From positions 1,080,001 through 1,112,000 of the forward strand of contig NC_002939.5 in assembly GCF_000007985.2 (NCBI RefSeq): 32,000 nt of DNA. The letters are read 5' to 3'. The notes below the pieces were generated by a model that saw nothing but the letters and a program-made list of their open reading frames with translations, made no database searches and had not been told where the DNA came from. The position numbers were made by a program, and so were the translations under genes. The DNA comes from Geobacter sulfurreducens PCA (lineage in GTDB: Bacteria; Desulfobacterota; Desulfuromonadia; Geobacterales; Geobacteraceae). Each line of letters opens with the position of its first letter. Position 1 is the first letter of the stretch. This document shows positions 26,616 to 32,000 of the stretch, piece after piece.

Positions 26616-27637
26616 GGAAGCACTCCTTTGGGCAACTGCATGGTTACGCAGTGGAGCGAACCGTGCTGGATGATGAGGGGGCGGCAGTCGATGCCGACGA
26701 TCTCGCGGCCCGGAAACGCCCGGCCGATGGCCTCCAGCGCCGCCTCGTCCGCTGGGTCGTCATAGACCGGGACCAGCACGGCGCCGTTGATGACGAGGAA
26801 ATTGGCGTAGGTGGCCGGCAGCCGCTGCCCCTCGTGATCGAAGCAGGCCCGGGGCCAGGGAAGCGGGATGAGGCGGTAGGGGCTCCCTTCGCGGGTGCGC
26901 AGGTTGGCCAGCTCCTTCTCCATCATGAACAGGGCCGCATAGTGCTCGTCCGTGGCGTCGTCGCAGCGGACGTAGACGATGGTGTCGTCCGGCGCCAGGC
27001 GGGCCAGGGTGTCCACGTGGGAGTCGGTGTCGTCGCCCGCCAGGAACCCGTTTTCGAGCCAGAGTACCCGCTCGGTCCCCAGGTAGCGGGCAAGGGCCTC
27101 TTCGATCTCCGCCCGCGAGAGATGGGGGTTGCGATTGGGGTTCAGGAGGCACTCGGCGGTGGTGAGGACCGTGCCCCGGCCGTCGCTCTCGATGCTTCCC
27201 CCTTCCAGGACCAACCCCACCATCTCGGCGGGGATATCCCCGAAAATGCCCAAATGGCGAAGGCGCCGGGTCACCAGGTTGTCCCGGTCGGCGGCGAACT
27301 TGAGACCCCATCCGTTAAAGCCGAAGTCCAGCAGAACGGGACGGCCGTCCCGTTCCACGGTAACGGGTCCGAAGTCTCTGGCCCAGGTGTCATTGGTGGG
27401 AAGTTCCACGATGGCCACCCGTTCCATTCGGGCGCCCACGGCCTCCAGAAGCGCGGCGGTCCGCTCGCCGTCGGCCGCCACCACCAAGGCGGTCTCGAAC
27501 CGGGTGATCTCTCTGACGATCTGGGCGAAGACCGGCTCCACCAGCCGGAGCCAGGGGTACCAGTCACTGCCGGGATGGGGCCAGGCGATGAGCACCCCGT
27601 CCTGCTCTTCCCACTCTGCGGGGAGGCGTATGGCCAT
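26603..27637 (-). CDS. aguA: agmatine deiminase
   Basis: PAEWEEQDGVLIAWPH at the N-terminus, internal ND(T)WARD, and C-terminal GSLHCVTMQ with the catalytic Cys. I prefer the ATG at 27637 (AGGAAG 7 nt upstream) over 27658. It overlaps aguB by 13 nt. Confidence 0.85.
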   Translation of the reverse strand: MAIRLPAEWEEQDGVLIAWPHPGSDWYPWLRLVEPVFAQIVREITRFETALVVAADGERTAALLEAVGARMERVAIVELPTNDTWARDFGPVTVERDGRPVLLDFGFNGWGLKFAADRDNLVTRRLRHLGIFGDIPAEMVGLVLEGGSIESDGRGTVLTTAECLLNPNRNPHLSRAEIEEALARYLGTERVLWLENGFLAGDDTDSHVDTLARLAPDDTIVYVRCDDATDEHYAALFMMEKELANLRTREGSPYRLIPLPWPRACFDHEGQRLPATYANFLVINGAVLVPVYDDPADEAALEAIGRAFPGREIVGIDCRPLIIQHGSLHCVTMQLPKGVLPCPN

Positions 27638-27676
27638 GAAAATACTTCCTAACGTCATGGGATGATTGAAAAGGTA

Positions 27677-27705
27677 AGTCTAGGAAAATCAGGCGCGGAA
27701 TGCAA
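27677..27705 (-). promoter_or_regulatory. sigma-70 promoter, TTGCAT-N17-TAGACT, for aguA-aguB
   Basis: Minus-strand -35 at 27705..27700 and -10 at 27682..27677. Confidence 0.5.
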
Positions 27706-27807
27706 TGGTCATTTCCGGAGCAAGACGAGTTTTAATAAAGATTACATAGTTGTGACTCCCGAACCAACAGGTAATCGTTACCTTTTTGGTATTGAATTGC
27801 TTTCTCC

Positions 27808-27834
27808 TAAAGTTTAGTCGAACCGTGCCGATAG
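27808..27834 (+). promoter_or_regulatory. sigma-28 (FliA) promoter, TAAAGTTT-N11-GCCGATAG
   Basis: Matches the TAAAGTTT-N11-GCCGATAA consensus at 15 of 16 positions. It lies about 75 nt upstream of the chemoreceptor ATG at 27911. Confidence 0.65.
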
Positions 27835-27910
27835 GGTTACGTAAACAGTCATGGCATTAGTTGGTAATGCCGAATCGGATAATTACTTGTCTGGAAGGAG
27901 ATGGGATACG

Positions 27911-29560
27911 ATGAGCGCATGGCGGGACTTGAAGGTGAGAACAAAAATTTTCGTCCTGGTGATTGCCGGATGTCTGGGGCTCGTGGTACTGGGATCGGTG
28001 GCGCTTTACAATATGCGCAACCTGAGCGGCAGCGTGAAGGAAGCCAACATCGGCATGGAGCACGTGGCGGGGCTTTCCGGTATGAAGAGCGACTTTCTCG
28101 AGATGAGGCTGGCGCTCGTCTACATGCTTGCCCTGAAAGATGCGGAAAAGATCGGCGGCAAGGAACAGGATTTCCTGAAGGCCGCTGACAGGATCAAAAA
28201 GACACTCGACGACCTGGGCAAGCAGGAACTGACTGACACCGAGAAAAAGTCCCTCGTCGAGTTCAGGGGTGGCTTCGAGTCTTATGTCGAGAAGGGAACG
28301 AGACTCGCCGAGCTAATCAAGGACGCTACCGCCAAGGGAGACGAGGTGGGCCGGGCCGATGCCATGACCTTCGCCACCCAGAGCGTGGCCCCCCTCTACG
28401 ATACCCCGGCCAAGATCATTGCCTCGATGGTGCAGGAAAATATCGGCGAAGCTCATAAGATGTATGAGCAGGACATGGCCTCGTACCGAGCTTCCTTCAT
28501 TATGATGGTGGTGATCATTCTGGGGGTGATCGGCGTCGCCGCTGCGGCGGGCCTGGCCATCGCCGGTTCCATCAGCGGTCCTCTCAACAAGGTGCTCGAT
28601 GTACTCACCCGCGTGGCCGCCGGTGACCTGACAGCCCGGGCCGACGTCGTCAGTGCCGACGAAATGGGGCTGCTGGCGCGTGAGGTGAACACTACCGCGG
28701 CCAAGATCAACGAGATCATCGGCCTTGTTGCCCACAATGCCTCCCAGGTGACTGCCGCGGCGACCCAGCTCCATGCCACCTCCACCCAGATGTCCACCGG
28801 CGCTGAGGAGGTGGCCCAACAGGCCGCCACCGTGGCCACGGCCAGTGAGGAGATGGCTGCCACCTCGGCCGAGATCGCCCATAACTGCTCCCTGGCGGCT
28901 GAAAGCTCCCGACACGCCAACGATCGGGCCGAGAACGGTTCGGATGTGGTGCAGGAAACCCTGACCGTCATGAACCGCATCGCCGAGCGGGTGAAGGATT
29001 CGGCACGCACCGTCGAATCTCTGGGCGAGCGGAGCGACCAGATCGGCGAGATCATCGGCACTATCCAGGACATCGCCGACCAGACCAATCTCCTTGCTCT
29101 CAACGCGGCCATCGAAGCCGCCCGCGCTGGCGAACAGGGACGCGGCTTCGCCGTGGTCGCCGACGAGGTTCGGGCCCTGGCCGAGCGGACAACCAAGGCC
29201 ACCAAGGAGATATCCCAGATGATCAAGGCGATCCAGGGGGAAACCAAGGGCGCCGTCACTTCCATGGAGGAGGGGGTCAAAGAGGTGGAAAAGGGAACCT
29301 CGGACGCATCCAAATCGGGCGAGGCCCTGCAGGCGATCCTGGAGCAGATCGGCGGCGTTACCATGCAGGTGAGCCAGATTGCCACTGCCGCCGAGGAACA
29401 GACCGCGACCACGGGTGAGATCAACAACAACATCCAGCAGATCACGGAGGTGGTCCAGCTCACCGCGCGGGGCGCCGAAGAGTCGGCCCAGGCCGCCGAG
29501 CAGCTGGCGAAACTGGCCGAGGAACTGCAGGACCTGGTGTACAAGTTCAAACTCGCCTGA
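27911..29560 (+). CDS. methyl-accepting chemotaxis protein with a four-helix-bundle periplasmic sensor and HAMP domain
   Basis: Two TM segments, HAMP, and the conserved signalling hairpin ([39 protein letters not shown]). GGAAGGAG SD lies 10 nt before the ATG at 27911. Confidence 0.9.
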   Translation: MSAWRDLKVRTKIFVLVIAGCLGLVVLGSVALYNMRNLSGSVKEANIGMEHVAGLSGMKSDFLEMRLALVYMLALKDAEKIGGKEQDFLKAADRIKKTLDDLGKQELTDTEKKSLVEFRGGFESYVEKGTRLAELIKDATAKGDEVGRADAMTFATQSVAPLYDTPAKIIASMVQENIGEAHKMYEQDMASYRASFIMMVVIILGVIGVAAAAGLAIAGSISGPLNKVLDVLTRVAAGDLTARADVVSADEMGLLAREVNTTAAKINEIIGLVAHNASQVTAAATQLHATSTQMSTGAEEVAQQAATVATASEEMAATSAEIAHNCSLAAESSRHANDRAENGSDVVQETLTVMNRIAERVKDSARTVESLGERSDQIGEIIGTIQDIADQTNLLALNAAIEAARAGEQGRGFAVVADEVRALAERTTKATKEISQMIKAIQGETKGAVTSMEEGVKEVEKGTSDASKSGEALQAILEQIGGVTMQVSQIATAAEEQTATTGEINNNIQQITEVVQLTARGAEESAQAAEQLAKLAEELQDLVYKFKLA

Positions 29561-29577
29561 TCAGCCATCATATCCGT

Positions 29578-29608
29578 AAAAAAACCCGGCAACCGCCGGG
29601 TTTTTTTT
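29578..29608 (+). terminator. rho-independent terminator (cccggc-aacc-gccggg followed by T8)
   Basis: Hairpin flanked by A7 and T8. Confidence 0.8.
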
Positions 29609-29653
29609 GTGCTCCGCTCCCGGGTCCGCCATGGACGGCAACTGCCGGGATCA

Positions 29654-29672
29654 TATCAGGAAATTCCTGATA
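29654..29672. repeat. perfect 19-bp palindrome TATCAGGAA-A-TTCCTGATA (candidate operator)
   Basis: All 9 arm pairs verified. It lies about 77 nt upstream of the ATG at 29749 and 18 nt upstream of a GCCGATAT sigma-28-like -10 element (29690..29697). Confidence 0.85.
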
Positions 29673-29748
29673 GTCCCGTCGGATTTCCTGCCGATATCAA
29701 CTGATATGAAGTTTATGGGGCCTGCGGGCCCGGAGAGCGGAGGATGCA

Positions 29749-31398
29749 ATGGCAATCAAGAGTTTCAAGGATTGGAGAATACTGCCGAAGATCATCGGCG
29801 CGGCGCTCCTCGGAGTGGCGCTCCTGGCGGCGGTAGTGCTCTTCTACTTCCTGCCCATGGTCGAGAAGCAGGAGATGGAAAGCCGCAAGCGTGCCACCAG
29901 ACAATCGGTGGAGCTGGCCTTCGGCATCGTGGGGGCCTATGAGGCACGGATCGCGGCGGGAGAGCTGACCGTTGACGAAGCAAAGGAGCGGGCCGCTGCT
30001 GATATCAAAAAACTGCGCTACGCCAAAAAAGAGTACTTCTGGATCAACGACTCCAGCGCGCGTCTCGTGGCCCATCCCCTCAGGCCGGAAAACGAAGGAA
30101 AGGACATGGGGGATTTCAAGGATGCCGACGGCAAGCTGATTTACCGCGAGTTCGCCAAGGCGGCCGGCGCAGAAAACGGCGAGTTGTTCGTGGACTACCG
30201 CCAGATCAAGCCCAACGAGAAGACGCCCCTGCCGAAGGTTTCCTTTGTGAAGTACCACAAGCCGTGGGATTGGGTGATCGGTACCGGCATCTACGTGGAC
30301 GACGTGAAGCGGGATATCACCATGCTGCGCTGGAAGATCATCGGCGCCATCGTTGTGGCCGGCGCGGTTGCCTGTCTGCTGGTTCTCTTTGCCGGGGTCA
30401 GGATTACCCGCCCGCTCAAGGTCGTCGTGTCGAGCCTTGAGGATATTGCCCAAGGCGAAGGGGACCTGACCCGGCGGATCGACGTGGTGACCCGGGATGA
30501 GGTGGGCGACCTGGGGCGTGCCTTCAACCAGTTCATCGAGAAGTTGCACAACATCATTTCCCAGGTTGTCCAGAACAGCATGCAGGTGGCGTCGGCCGCC
30601 GCCCAGATTCACAGCACCTCCGAGCAGACCGCAACGGGCGCCGAGGAGGTTGCCGCTCAGGCCGGCACCGTGGCCACGGCCGGCGAAGAAATGGCCAGCA
30701 CTTCGTCGGAGATCGCCCGCAACTGCATGGCTGCCGCCGAAAACTCGCGCCAGGCCAATGACACCGCCCTCAAGGGCTCCCATGTGGTGAAGGAGACCCT
30801 GACGGTCATGACCCGCATCGCCGACCGGGTCAAGGAGTCCGCCCATACGGTCGAGTCCCTCGGGTCGCGCAGCGATCAGATCGGCGAGATCGTCGGTACC
30901 ATCCAGGATATTGCCGACCAGACCAACCTGCTGGCGCTTAACGCCGCCATCGAGGCGGCCCGGGCCGGCGAGCAGGGCCGGGGGTTCGCCGTGGTGGCCG
31001 ACGAGGTGCGGGCGCTGGCGGAGCGGACCACCAAGGCCACCAAGGAGATCGGCCAGATGATCCGGTCGATCCAGCAGGAGACAAAGCTGGCGGTCTCTTC
31101 CATGGAGGAAGGGGTCAAGGAAGTGGAGAGGGGAACGTCAGAGGCCGCCAAATCGGGTGAGGCGCTGGAGGAAATCCTGCACCAGATCGGCGAGGTGACC
31201 AACCAGGTCAATCAGATCGCCACCGCCGCCGAGCAGCAGACAGCTACCACCAGCGAGATCAGCAGCAACATTCATGAGATCACCGAAGTTATTACCCAGA
31301 CAACCCGCGGCGCCCAGGACTCAGCCTCCGCCACCAGTGACCTGGCGCGTCTGGCCGAAGAACTTCAGCGTTTGGTGGGACAATTCCGCCTCTCCTGA
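29749..31398 (+). CDS. methyl-accepting chemotaxis protein with a single-Cache (sCache_2-like) sensor and HAMP domain
   Basis: Cache-like periplasmic region ([15 protein letters not shown]...DADGK...[14 protein letters not shown]), HAMP, and a signalling domain highly similar to that of the preceding MCP. Confidence 0.9.
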   Translation: MAIKSFKDWRILPKIIGAALLGVALLAAVVLFYFLPMVEKQEMESRKRATRQSVELAFGIVGAYEARIAAGELTVDEAKERAAADIKKLRYAKKEYFWINDSSARLVAHPLRPENEGKDMGDFKDADGKLIYREFAKAAGAENGELFVDYRQIKPNEKTPLPKVSFVKYHKPWDWVIGTGIYVDDVKRDITMLRWKIIGAIVVAGAVACLLVLFAGVRITRPLKVVVSSLEDIAQGEGDLTRRIDVVTRDEVGDLGRAFNQFIEKLHNIISQVVQNSMQVASAAAQIHSTSEQTATGAEEVAAQAGTVATAGEEMASTSSEIARNCMAAAENSRQANDTALKGSHVVKETLTVMTRIADRVKESAHTVESLGSRSDQIGEIVGTIQDIADQTNLLALNAAIEAARAGEQGRGFAVVADEVRALAERTTKATKEIGQMIRSIQQETKLAVSSMEEGVKEVERGTSEAAKSGEALEEILHQIGEVTNQVNQIATAAEQQTATTSEISSNIHEITEVITQTTRGAQDSASATSDLARLAEELQRLVGQFRLS

Positions 31399-31430
31399 AG
31401 AGTAAATGGCTCCACAGAATCCCCATTGAT

Positions 31431-31459
31431 AAACCCGGCTCAGGCCGGGTTTATTTTTT
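31431..31459 (+). terminator. rho-independent terminator (aaacccggc-tcag-gccgggttt followed by a T-run)
   Basis: 9-bp stem followed by attttttg. Confidence 0.8.
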
Positions 31460-31481
31460 GTGACCATTGCGAACTGCCGAT

Positions 31482-31508
31482 TAAAGTTTTTCGGGATTGT
31501 GCCGAAAT
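31482..31508 (+). promoter_or_regulatory. sigma-28 (FliA) promoter, TAAAGTTT-N11-GCCGAAAT
   Basis: Perfect -35 octamer, exact 11-nt spacer, and 6 of 8 matches in the -10 element. Confidence 0.6.
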
Positions 31509-31655
31509 TACTATTGAATACGGCTTTCCCGGACGTGTCCCTCAAACGTCCCGTGGTACGGCAGTGGATACGGTTGGAGCGGCTCATCGTGAAGTTGTGA
31601 TGGAAGAGGAAGGAGAGGTTCGATGTGAATTTCCATTGGTACAAAGTTGTACGGA

Positions 31656-32000
31656 ATGGCAGGGCTTACGGTGCTGGGGCTGGCGGCGGTAACGGCGCTC
31701 TCCCTCTATGGGGTCAACCGCCAGGTTGCGGAGACCGAGACCATCGTTCAGGTGGACGCAGCCCAGGTGGATGTTGCCCTGAAGTCGCAGGTGAGCCTGG
31801 CGGAGGCGGTCCGGGCCTACAAGAATTACCTGGTGCGCAAGGACGACAAGCATGTGACCGGTTTCCGCGAGAGCATCGGTACCTTTGAGAAAAACATCGC
31901 CGAATTCGAGAAACTGGCCAACACCGATGGGGAAAAGGCCGCGGTCGGCAAGGCAAAGGAAGAGCTGGGCAAGTACCGGGGATGCATCGATGAACTGGTA
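31656..32000 (+). CDS. methyl-accepting chemotaxis protein, N-terminal fragment (four-helix-bundle sensor); runs off the window end
   Basis: This frame is absent from the ORF track because it has no stop in the window. Translation gives MAGLTVLGLAAVTALSLYGVNRQVAETETIVQVDAAQVDVALKSQVSLAEAVRAYKNYLV..., which is collinear with the N-terminus of the MCP at 27911. The true start is uncertain (see the findings). Confidence 0.7.
   Translation, partial: MAGLTVLGLAAVTALSLYGVNRQVAETETIVQVDAAQVDVALKSQVSLAEAVRAYKNYLVRKDDKHVTGFRESIGTFEKNIAEFEKLANTDGEKAAVGKAKEELGKYRGCIDELV

Noticed and set aside
27769-27787. A small hairpin, aggtaa-tcg-ttacct, followed by T5 in the AT-rich spacer. It could be the terminator of an unannotated sRNA.
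   Set aside because: The stem is only 6 bp and AT-rich. There is no upstream plus-strand promoter or gene to terminate, so it is probably fortuitous.
31625-31888. An 87-aa ORF starting at a GTG 9 nt after the strong SD, ahead of the third MCP.
   Set aside because: Its translation (GAGAGGGNG...GGRSPGGCCPEVAGEPGGGGPG) is low-complexity and out of frame with the clearly MCP-like frame, so it is a shadow of that gene. The SD is discussed under the start-stop finding.
1-32000. Mobile elements, prophage or defence islands, CRISPR arrays, tRNA/rRNA genes and toxin-antitoxin pairs.
   Set aside because: I recognised no transposase, integrase, Cas protein, terminal inverted repeats, repeat-spacer array or tRNA-like cloverleaf sequence. 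Composition is uniform apart from short AT-rich promoter spacers.

Overview
High-GC, gene-dense deltaproteobacterial chromosome. From memory it looks like Geobacter sulfurreducens, roughly the GSU1000-1031 neighbourhood, because the 92-aa triheme cytochrome at 24055..24333 matches my recollection of PpcD. I found no rRNA, tRNA, CRISPR array, IS element or prophage. About 30 genes are supported:
- a dusB(nifR3)-ntrB-ntrC-type operon with an isochorismatase-family gene appended
- a GAF/HD-GYP phosphodiesterase
- fabI, an N-terminally extended hflX, and an MltD-like lytic transglycosylase
- several membrane and envelope proteins
- a purine-salvage pair (hpt and an NCS2 permease)
- glgA and ppcD
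- an aguA-aguB polyamine operon
- a tandem array of three chemoreceptor genes, the last one truncated by the window end

The main signals not explained by the ORF track are:
1. A GEMM-I cyclic-dinucleotide riboswitch with an intrinsic terminator, on the minus strand at 20013..20144. It leads into a 183-aa secreted protein of unknown function that sits between the two purine-salvage genes.
2. A perfect CRP-type palindrome (TGTGA-N6-TCACA), positioned like a class II activator site for the riboswitch promoter.
3. A near-consensus sigma-54 promoter embedded in a perfect 33-bp palindrome, upstream of a small secreted-protein ORF.
4. Near-consensus sigma-28 promoters in front of the first and third chemoreceptor genes but not the second, which has a 19-bp palindrome instead.
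5. An SD-AUG-UGA 'start-stop' in frame with, and directly upstream of, the third chemoreceptor.

I saw no clearly novel multi-gene system. The many long antisense ORFs are GC-driven shadows.
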